Part shown: positions 1 through 7,476 of the stretch, piece by piece | How positions within the stretch are numbered: the first letter of the stretch is position 1 | Layout of the letters: each line of letters starts with the position of its first letter | DNA from: an uncultured Methylophilus sp. | GTDB taxonomy: Bacteria; Pseudomonadota; Gammaproteobacteria; Burkholderiales; Methylophilaceae | Assembly (NCBI GenBank): GCA_965249075.1 | Contig: CBDFLF010000001.1 | Location: 693,017 to 757,016 of the forward strand | Length of the DNA stretch: 64,000 nt | Direction: 5' to 3' | Translations under genes and position numbers: made by a program | Notes under the pieces: model-generated | Seen by the model: the letters and a program-made list of their open reading frames with translations, nothing else | What the model was told of the DNA's origin: nothing | Database searches by the model: none

Positions 1-2
1 CG

Positions 3-194
3 GCGGGGATTATGGCAGGCATGCTAGGTTTAGGCATCGTGATTGGCATGGTTGGTGCAGCTTTGCCCATGGTTGCCCAACTATTCATGCCTATGTTGGT
101 GCTTGGCGCATTGTTAGTCGCCAACTCACTGATGTTTGCTTTTCAATATATCAGCTACCGCGATGCGTTTAAAGCGGCGCCTGTCGCCGTATAG
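3..194 (+). CDS. 3' end of a hydrophobic membrane protein, truncated by the window start
   Basis: Frame is open from base 3 to TAG at 192-194. Translation is strongly hydrophobic (MLGLGIVIGMVGAALPMVAQLFMPMLVLGALLVANSLMFAFQYISYRDAF). Confidence 0.6.
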   Translation, partial: AGIMAGMLGLGIVIGMVGAALPMVAQLFMPMLVLGALLVANSLMFAFQYISYRDAFKAAPVAV

Positions 195-234
195 ACTTAC
201 TGTATAAAGCGAATGCTACGCTAATGTTCTAGCG

Positions 235-2406
235 TTAGATTTTTTCGAGTTTGGCATACTCCAGCATCAAAGTTTTCAAGCCCTCACGGCCAAAATTCAC
301 TTTAATCGCCAAGTCACTGGCATTGCCTTCATAACTCACCACCACGCCATCGCCAAATTTGGCATGACGCACGCTTTGGCCAATTTTAAAAGGGTAACTG
401 CTTTGTGCGCTGGCAGGCTGAGCGACTTGGTAATGCCCACCTGCGGCATAGCTTTTTGCCACAGGCTTGCTGTTAAGGCGCTTGATGAGGGCGTCTGGGA
501 TTTCATCCACAAAGCGCGAAGGGATGCCATAACGCACTTGCCCATGCAACATACGACTTTGCGCGTGGGTTAAATACAAACGCCGACGCGCGCGCGTCAC
601 CGCTACATACATCAAGCGGCGTTCTTCTTCTAAGCCACCGTTTTCATAAGCCGATTGCTCGTGCGGAAACAAGCCTTCTTCCACGCCACTGATAAACACG
701 GTATGAAACTCCAAGCCTTTGGCGGCGTGCACCGTCATTAGTTGTAGCGCCTCACGCCCAACATCGGCTTGGTGTTCCCCTGCTTCCAAGCTGGCATGGT
801 TTAAAAATTGGGTGAGCAAATCGGCTTCTTCATCCACATTGTGGTGGTTGCCAAAATCTTGGTTGCTAAACGCCACCGCCGCCGTCACCAACTCTTCCAA
901 GTTAGCAATGCGGTCTTCGCCTTCTTTGTCATTTTCGTAATGGGCTTTTAGGCCAGACAGTTGCGTGACCAGCTCGACCATTTCCGACAAACTCACGCCA
1001 TACGCTTGATTGATGATTTCACGCATCAAGCCGACAAAACCTTCGATGCCTTTTGCGCCGACTTGTCCATTGCCGACTTTATTGATGGCGGCTTGCCATA
1101 AACTGCAATCTTGTGCGCGGGCGGATTCTTGCAACTGTTCTAAACTGCGTGCACCGATGCCACGGGTGGGGAAGTTGATGATGCGCAACAAAGCGGTGTC
1201 GTCATGCGCGTTGGCGATTAAACGCATATAGGCCATGGCGTGTTTGACTTCGGCGCGCTCAAAAAAGCGCAACCCGCCATAGACGCGATACGGAATGTTG
1301 GAAGCAAACAAGGTGTGCTCTAAAATCCGCGATTGCGCATTGCTACGATAAAGCAAGGCAATGTCGCCCAGCGCCACGCCCTCGTTTTGCAACATATTCA
1401 CTTCGTCGACTATAAATTGTGCTTCGTCGGTGTCGTTATACGCATCATAAATGCGAATCGGCTCGCCTTGGCCTTCCGAGGTCCACAGATTTTTGCCTAA
1501 TCGGTGCTGATTGTGGCTGATGATAGCGTTGGCGGCATCGAGAATATTGCTATGCGAGCGGTAGTTTTCTTCGAGTTTGACGATATTTTGCACATTAAAA
1601 TCTTGCTCAAAGTCACGCATATTGCCCACACGCGCACCACGAAAACCATAAATACTTTGGTCGTCGTCACCCACGGCAAACAAACTATTGTGCGCGCCTG
1701 CCAATAGCTTCAGCCACAGGTATTGCAGGCGATTGGTGTCTTGAAACTCATCGACCAAAATATACAAAAAGCGCTGTTGATAATGGGCGCGGATGTGTGG
1801 TTCGCGCTCTAGCAACTCATAACAACGCAACAACAACTCGGCAAAATCAGCCACGCCTTCGCGGTTACATTGCACATCATACGCTTCGTAAATCTCGCGC
1901 AATTTTTGGCTGTGTCCGTCATAAGCCTCTACCGCATGCGCGCGCATGCCCTCTTCTTTACAGCCGTTGATATAGCCTTGCACTTGCTTGGGTGGATATT
2001 TTTCATCATCCACATTCATCAACTTCATCACGCGTTTAATGGCAGAAAGCTGGTCAGCGGTATCGAGAATTTGAAAGGTGCTAGGCAAGCCTGCCTCGCG
2101 ATAATGGGCGCGCAACAAGCGGTTACACAAGCCGTGAAAAGTGCCCACCCACATGCCTCGCGTGTTAATCGGCAACATGCTGGTTAAGCGTGTGAGCATC
2201 TCTTTGGCGGCTTTGTTGGTAAACGTTACCGCCATCAAACCCATGGGCGAAACCTGCCCCGTTTGAATCAACCAAGCAATGCGCGTAGTCAACACGCGGG
2301 TTTTGCCACTACCCGCCCCCGCCAAAATCAGGCCAGATTGTTGTGGCAACGTCACTGCTTCGAGTTGTTTATTGTTGAGACCTGCTAATAATGATTCGCT
2401 ATCCAT
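235..2406 (-). CDS. uvrD: DNA helicase II (UvrD/PcrA superfamily 1)
   Basis: Walker A AGAGSGKT, motifs TFTNKAA, DEFQD, VGDDDQSIY, LEENYRS, TVHAAKGLEF, EEERRLMYVAVTRA and a C-terminal Tudor-like tail. Start placed at ATG 2406 (MDSESLLAGLN) rather than the ORF-track start 2520. Confidence 0.97.
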   Translation of the reverse strand: MDSESLLAGLNNKQLEAVTLPQQSGLILAGAGSGKTRVLTTRIAWLIQTGQVSPMGLMAVTFTNKAAKEMLTRLTSMLPINTRGMWVGTFHGLCNRLLRAHYREAGLPSTFQILDTADQLSAIKRVMKLMNVDDEKYPPKQVQGYINGCKEEGMRAHAVEAYDGHSQKLREIYEAYDVQCNREGVADFAELLLRCYELLEREPHIRAHYQQRFLYILVDEFQDTNRLQYLWLKLLAGAHNSLFAVGDDDQSIYGFRGARVGNMRDFEQDFNVQNIVKLEENYRSHSNILDAANAIISHNQHRLGKNLWTSEGQGEPIRIYDAYNDTDEAQFIVDEVNMLQNEGVALGDIALLYRSNAQSRILEHTLFASNIPYRVYGGLRFFERAEVKHAMAYMRLIANAHDDTALLRIINFPTRGIGARSLEQLQESARAQDCSLWQAAINKVGNGQVGAKGIEGFVGLMREIINQAYGVSLSEMVELVTQLSGLKAHYENDKEGEDRIANLEELVTAAVAFSNQDFGNHHNVDEEADLLTQFLNHASLEAGEHQADVGREALQLMTVHAAKGLEFHTVFISGVEEGLFPHEQSAYENGGLEEERRLMYVAVTRARRRLYLTHAQSRMLHGQVRYGIPSRFVDEIPDALIKRLNSKPVAKSYAAGGHYQVAQPASAQSSYPFKIGQSVRHAKFGDGVVVSYEGNASDLAIKVNFGREGLKTLMLEYAKLEKI

Positions 2407-2548
2407 AGCGTTATTATCGCATGCGTGCATCCAAAGCCGTGAAAAAATCACGCAAACTATCACGCATAAAATCACGCAAGTGTGGGAACTAAAACAAGAC
2501 GGAATTGCTCTTACTTGCATGATGAATAATGCGATGCATGATTCATCT

Positions 2549-2632
2549 TTCCGCTTCTTTCCTCCCTGAGCGGAAGCCTTTACGATGAGGCTATTTCACC
2601 CCGATTTACTCCCCTTAATCGGGGTTTTTTTT
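2549..2632 (+). ncRNA. Candidate small RNA: three hairpins ending in an intrinsic terminator, two loops carrying CU-rich anti-SD motifs
   Basis: TTCCGCT(2549-2555)/AGCGGAA(2569-2575) with loop TCTTTCCTCCCTG; GCCT/AGGC hairpin 2576-2591; CCCCGATT(2599-2606)/AATCGGGG(2617-2624) with loop TACTCCCCTT, followed by T8. No plus-strand CDS precedes this plus-strand terminator. Confidence 0.55.
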
Positions 2633-2676
2633 GCCTATTTAAAACGTGTTTTTTAGAAGGCTTAAAGACTATAGAT

Positions 2677-4089
2677 TTAGAAACCAGGGTGCATCAACTG
2701 TTCCATACACTGCCTTATCGCAGGAATCGCTTGTTGTGATTGTGGCAAATGGCGAGTCAGCTTAGCCATCATGGCCAAGGCATTGCTCGGCTCTTGTTTG
2801 GCGCAATAGACTTCTATTAAATTACTCAGCGCGATACTCGGATTTTGCGCACGCTGAATGGCCTGCTCAAACAAAAACACGGCATCTTCCAAATTGCCTT
2901 CCGCAAACACGATACCGCCTAAATCGTTATAGACATGCCAGCATTGGGTTTTGGCTTGCACCAGCGGAATGAGTATGCGCATCGCTTCGACTTGTTGACC
3001 ACGGGCAATCAATGACTCTGCTAATTGATATACTTCATAATCTTTATCTACTTGCGCAGAAACAGGCGCATGCGGCAACGCTAGCCCTTGCAAGGCCGCT
3101 TCAAGGTTATCCATGATGGCAACGGCACTCTCGCCCAAGCATGAAAACTGATGTGCGCGCTGTGTTTGTACATCGGCTTGGTATTGCTGTTTGTTGTCTA
3201 AAATGGCTTGCACGGCCGTGGTCAAATCCACCTTGGTGGTTTTGGTCACATAGTCGTAAGGTACGCTGGCTGGTCGCGGCGGATCTTGGTCAGGAATCAA
3301 CCAATCTGTCACCGCCACGCCTGGCACATCTAATAAAAGCGCTTCGGTTAATACGCTAGATTCATCAGACACCATGACATCGGCCAAGCCCAAGCAATAC
3401 ATGATGCTGATTTCCGGATCGATGATATACACATTATCGGCACAGCCTTGATGCAAGGCGTTCATGGCGTGAATGTTGTCCCACACTTGGGTGTAACTCG
3501 GCGACCAAGGGGCTTGTTTTAACAGCAAGTTCACAGGCAAATGCTTGAGTGCTTGCACAAAGTCATCTTGCTTGCCGTGGTTTTCCCATGAAGGCGCATA
3601 TAACACGGATTGCGCGTGTTTCAACCCCAGCTGGGCGCGCAAAGTTTCGGCCTCTTGCTTAAAGTGGGCTTTGTTACGAAACACCAAATCGGCCTTGGGC
3701 CAGCCTAATTCAAACACGCCCAACTTAGGACGGGCATAGCTAAAGCCTGCTTGCGTTTGCCAGCGCTCCACCCATGCTTGCCCTGGCAAAATGCCCATGT
3801 CAAACGCCTGCCAAGGCTCATAATGCCAAAATTGTGGCCAAATATCATGGCGTTGCGCTAAGTCGTGCAACAAGATAATAGAAAAATCTGCATTGGGCTT
3901 GCAGGCATGCTCACAATACACACCTATCTCGGCACGTTGTTGACTGTTCATGCTCCACAATACATTAAACCCACGTTTTTCCGCCTCGTCGGCAATCGGC
4001 GCAATCGCTTGACGCTCGCAATTGTCGGTATAAAAAAAGGTGATGCTGGGGTTGAGATTGGATTTCTGGGTGGCGGTGGAAGTGGACAT
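2677..4089 (-). CDS. TagF/CDP-glycerol phosphotransferase-like (CMP/CDP-donor GT-B) transferase fused to C-terminal TPRs
   Basis: LGWPKAD, VLYAPSWE and ADVMVSDESSVLTEALLLDVP resemble the PF04464 motifs GYPRxD, LYAPTWR and DxLITDYSSvxxdxxllxkP. Residues ~351-465 are TPR-like (YNDLGGIVFAEGNLEDAVFLFEQAIQRAQNPSIALSNL). Last gene of the pepM operon. Confidence 0.7.
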   Translation of the reverse strand: MSTSTATQKSNLNPSITFFYTDNCERQAIAPIADEAEKRGFNVLWSMNSQQRAEIGVYCEHACKPNADFSIILLHDLAQRHDIWPQFWHYEPWQAFDMGILPGQAWVERWQTQAGFSYARPKLGVFELGWPKADLVFRNKAHFKQEAETLRAQLGLKHAQSVLYAPSWENHGKQDDFVQALKHLPVNLLLKQAPWSPSYTQVWDNIHAMNALHQGCADNVYIIDPEISIMYCLGLADVMVSDESSVLTEALLLDVPGVAVTDWLIPDQDPPRPASVPYDYVTKTTKVDLTTAVQAILDNKQQYQADVQTQRAHQFSCLGESAVAIMDNLEAALQGLALPHAPVSAQVDKDYEVYQLAESLIARGQQVEAMRILIPLVQAKTQCWHVYNDLGGIVFAEGNLEDAVFLFEQAIQRAQNPSIALSNLIEVYCAKQEPSNALAMMAKLTRHLPQSQQAIPAIRQCMEQLMHPGF

Positions 4090-4098
4090 CTTTGAATC

Positions 4099-4839
4099 CT
4101 ATTTTTTCAAAATCACACTAAAGCGAAAATCGCGTTGCGCGTAGTTGGGGATGCAACTGGTAAATACTGTTTTTTCAGAGACAGCAAACGCATCAAACCA
4201 GCTTACGTCATAATAAGTATGTGCATAACCCGCGTATTTTTCGTCATACTCGGCTTGCGTCATATTGGCAGAGGCCGCTTCACGACGTAAGGCCTCGCAG
4301 GCTTGCTTAGTGGCTAAGTTAGGCACATCGAGCACCGCCACCGCAACACGCGCTTTGGCGAGCATGGCAGTCAGCACCTGTTTGGCGTAAGGCAAATCAA
4401 AGTAATGAAACACACTGTTGGCAATCACCACGTCATATTGTGGCGTGGTAGCGAGAGCAAGCGCTTCAGCCACAGCAAAATCACCCTCTGGCATGGCGTG
4501 TTGCGCCGCTTCTATCAGGCCCGAGCTGTAATCCAATCCACCGACTTCTAGGTCGCGCACTTGTTGCAATGCGTACAAAAACGCGCCAGCACCGCAACCC
4601 ACTTCATAGACGCTATTGCCATCTTGCAAGTGCAATTTGTCAGCGATTAATTGTGCATAGTCCTGCCAATCTTCTGGTGCAATACGTCCTGCTCCGCTGT
4701 CAAAACCATCCAGCGCAATCAAGGCGGCTAAGTCGAGTGGTGCTTGCGTTTCTCTACGCCGCTTTTCCCACACCCCATGCCAGTGATTGGCTGTTGCAGG
4801 GGCTGTAGAGGGGCTTAAGTGCTGAGTGTGTGTCGTCAT
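4099..4839 (-). CDS. Class I SAM-dependent methyltransferase, probable N-methyltransferase
   Basis: Motif I VYEVGCGAG, motif II GLDYS, post-II YDVVIANSVFHYF. Start overlaps the upstream gene's stop by 4 nt. Confidence 0.85.
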   Translation of the reverse strand: MTTHTQHLSPSTAPATANHWHGVWEKRRRETQAPLDLAALIALDGFDSGAGRIAPEDWQDYAQLIADKLHLQDGNSVYEVGCGAGAFLYALQQVRDLEVGGLDYSSGLIEAAQHAMPEGDFAVAEALALATTPQYDVVIANSVFHYFDLPYAKQVLTAMLAKARVAVAVLDVPNLATKQACEALRREAASANMTQAEYDEKYAGYAHTYYDVSWFDAFAVSEKTVFTSCIPNYAQRDFRFSVILKK

Positions 4840-5285
4840 ACTTTACTTTCTAAGGTTTGCGCCACCGCTTGCAACACCTTGCCTCTTAAATAACTGCTAC
4901 TGACCCCTTCGGTGCGAGGCAACACATGCAAACGTGTTGGGGAAATCGGATTACTGTTGTCATGACCATGCACCAACAAATCAATCTGGTGGGCGTCTAA
5001 AAAGTCTTCTTCTATCAGCCACGGGCAAGGTACGATTTCATCTACATAGCGAATCGCGGACAGTATTTCGTGTCGCTGCGCGTAGTTCAGCTCAGGTTCA
5101 TAGCCTTTTTTAAGTTTAATTTCCTCATCAGTGGTGAGCGCGACGATGACTTTGCCAAGTGCGTGCGCGGCTTTGAGTAAACGGATGTGGCCGTGATGAA
5201 TCAGGGTGGCAGACATATCCACCATGATGCGTTTTTCTTGGTGAGAGTGAGGCTGAGAGCGATTTAGTTGTGAGGGTGCGTGCAT
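4836..5285 (-). CDS. Standalone HxGH-type cytidylyltransferase (TagD/glycerol-3-phosphate cytidylyltransferase-like)
   Basis: DMSATLIHHGHIRLL (HxGH), VIVALTTDE, KKG, RHEILSAIRYVDEIVP and VHGHD match the CTP_transf_like family layout. Confidence 0.88.
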   Translation of the reverse strand: MHAPSQLNRSQPHSHQEKRIMVDMSATLIHHGHIRLLKAAHALGKVIVALTTDEEIKLKKGYEPELNYAQRHEILSAIRYVDEIVPCPWLIEEDFLDAHQIDLLVHGHDNSNPISPTRLHVLPRTEGVSSSYLRGKVLQAVAQTLESKV

Positions 5286-5290
5286 GATAA

Positions 5291-6280
5291 TTACCCTATG
5301 CTGAGTGCGTTTAAAATCTCGGCTTGCGCCAGCGCACCCAAATGCGCTTCACCCAAGTGGCAGACCACACTACCTTGTTGCATACCCCGTGGTTGGTATA
5401 ACACCGCACGCGCATCAGCACTGCTCACTCTGGCATTGACCCAGGTGCATAAATTGGGTTGATGGGTGCTAGGACGCGTCTCGTAATCAGCAATGCGTTT
5501 TAAAAAAGCCGCTTTGTTAATCATCACCGCCTGTTTGAAATGCGCATGTTGTGGCAACACTTCATATAGCGAGCAAATAGCATGGTAAGGCCCTGTCATG
5601 CGTTTTTCGACATGGCTTTGCATGTCTAGATAAAACGAATCGACAGCCACGGTAGGTGGTTGATAATAGGCAATAAAAGCCGCCCCTGTGAGACCAAACA
5701 GGCCTTTGCAAGAGCTGTAAGCAATCACATCGGCTAGGTGGTGGTCGGGTTCTAGGCCTATCGAGGCGGTGGCATCTAACAACACTTTGGCCTGACAGCG
5801 TTGCGCCAATGCGTGTAAATCTTGCATAGGCAATTTAAGGCCAACACTGGTTTCGGTGTAACAAGCGACTATCCAATCAAACGCGGTGTTGATGGTGTTT
5901 AGACTTTGCCAATCGCAAACTTGCACCGACTGCACTTGTGCATATTGGCGCATGGCTGACTCCGCCAACGCTTGTAAGCGGGCTGAGTAGTAACCTGTTT
6001 GCACCACCAACACACGGCCATACAAAAAATTGAGGCTGGCGATTTCCAGTGCCAATGTCGCTGAACCTTGCAAACGGACAATATGTGCATGGCCTGTCAT
6101 CTGCTGTAGCGCACTCATCACAGATTGCTCTACATGGTCATAATCGGCATCACCACGGCCAAAACTGGGACGTAAGCCATATAAGTTTTCAGGGAGTAAA
6201 CTAGCCGGCCCTGCCGTGTATAAGAATTTATCTTGGTTGCGCTGACTGACTAGCGCTTGAATGGAAGCAGTGGCCGTCAT
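5291..6280 (-). CDS. Class V PLP aminotransferase, 2-aminoethylphosphonate transaminase-like (AepZ/PhnW-like), divergent
   Basis: YTAGPA, GSATLALE, CYTETSVG, LLDATASIG and the PLP-lysine motif SSCKGLFG. Lies directly after phosphonopyruvate decarboxylase. Confidence 0.8.
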   Translation of the reverse strand: MTATASIQALVSQRNQDKFLYTAGPASLLPENLYGLRPSFGRGDADYDHVEQSVMSALQQMTGHAHIVRLQGSATLALEIASLNFLYGRVLVVQTGYYSARLQALAESAMRQYAQVQSVQVCDWQSLNTINTAFDWIVACYTETSVGLKLPMQDLHALAQRCQAKVLLDATASIGLEPDHHLADVIAYSSCKGLFGLTGAAFIAYYQPPTVAVDSFYLDMQSHVEKRMTGPYHAICSLYEVLPQHAHFKQAVMINKAAFLKRIADYETRPSTHQPNLCTWVNARVSSADARAVLYQPRGMQQGSVVCHLGEAHLGALAQAEILNALSIG

Positions 6281-7470
6281 ATTGGCTCCCGCGTAACTTC
6301 GTGATGTGCGACATAGTGAATGCTCACTTGCTCAACAAAGTCCATGAATGCTTGTTTATTTTGCGCAGGCGTGCGGTCAGGCCGCCCCAAGTCTTCACGC
6401 GCGCCACATTTGCAAAGCACTTCAATAAAGCAACTACCATCGTAGGTAAGGGCTTCAAGCAAAGACGCTTTGACTTCAAAAATGGTGCGGGCGTTTAGAC
6501 ACAATCCATAACCACAAGCCTTGGCAATCTCGGTTAAATCGTGGCCTTTTGCCAACGTGGGTTGCCCGCCGACTGAATCATGTGCGCCATTGTTAATCAC
6601 CACATGAATCAAATTATCTTGCTTGGCGCTCAATAACAAACTGCCCATATGCATGAGCATGGCGCCATCCCCATCCAAACACAGCACTTTTCGGCGTGGC
6701 ATTTGCATGGCAATGCCGCAAGCAATTTGCGAGGCATGGCCCATGCCACCCACCGTTAAAAAGTCTTGTCCAGCATTGCGGTGCCCTTGTGCTTTACGGT
6801 ATTCGTGCAACTCGCGCGATGCCATGCCCGTGGTCGCCACCACAGGCACGTCTTCTGGCAGTACTTGCATCAGCGATGTAATCACTGTCTCACGGCTGAG
6901 CAGATTGATGATTGGGTTAGCATTGATATTTGTAGATACGAATTTAGCAAACGTCTGTTTGCGTACCAATAAGGCGACTGGGCCTTGTCGGGCTTCTGCT
7001 TGTGCGATGAGCGATTGCAACAACTTTGCAATATCTGTCGTTTGCGCATCAATGATTTGGTAAGGAATATCCAATAACTGCAACTGTTGTTCTGTCACTT
7101 GCCCTTGCTTGACATGCTGAGGCTCATCGTGTATTTGCTGGCCATCCGCTTGCATCTCGCCACGCCAACCCACCATCAATAGCATGGGCACACCGACCAC
7201 TTGCGGGTCAACCAAAGAGGTGATGGGGTTCACAATATTGCCCAAACCTGAGTTTTGCATATACACCAGCGCAGGTTGGCACGTGGCTAAATAATGCCCC
7301 AAGGCCAAAGCAACCGCCGCCCCTTCATTGGTGGCAATCACATGGTCATCGCTGGGCAAGTTTTGCGTGAAACAAGCACACACTTCCTTGAGCAAAGAGT
7401 CTGGCACACCAGTGACAAAACGGATGCCAGCTTGTGTCAGTGCGTGGGTAAAATCGTTAGGTGCGATCAT
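6277..7470 (-). CDS. aepY: Phosphonopyruvate decarboxylase (ThDP-dependent)
   Basis: TGVPDSLLK, NEGAAVALALGHYLAT, VYMQNSGLGN, EPQHVKQG, TTGMASREL, DFLTVGGMGHASQIA, ThDP motif DGDGAMLMHMG...NNGAHDSVGGQPT, and LGRP. Confidence 0.96.
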   Translation of the reverse strand: MIAPNDFTHALTQAGIRFVTGVPDSLLKEVCACFTQNLPSDDHVIATNEGAAVALALGHYLATCQPALVYMQNSGLGNIVNPITSLVDPQVVGVPMLLMVGWRGEMQADGQQIHDEPQHVKQGQVTEQQLQLLDIPYQIIDAQTTDIAKLLQSLIAQAEARQGPVALLVRKQTFAKFVSTNINANPIINLLSRETVITSLMQVLPEDVPVVATTGMASRELHEYRKAQGHRNAGQDFLTVGGMGHASQIACGIAMQMPRRKVLCLDGDGAMLMHMGSLLLSAKQDNLIHVVINNGAHDSVGGQPTLAKGHDLTEIAKACGYGLCLNARTIFEVKASLLEALTYDGSCFIEVLCKCGAREDLGRPDRTPAQNKQAFMDFVEQVSIHYVAHHEVTREPI

Positions 7471-7476
7471 GTTGCT

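Noticed and set aside
2407-2520. ORF-track N-terminal extensions (uvrD 2520, dacB 19033, S41 protease 25367, NlpC/P60 26479, DinG 26528, ilvD 53028, radC 59562)
   Set aside because: The extensions lack family resemblance and run through promoter-like intergenic DNA or upstream genes; downstream starts match typical family N-termini.
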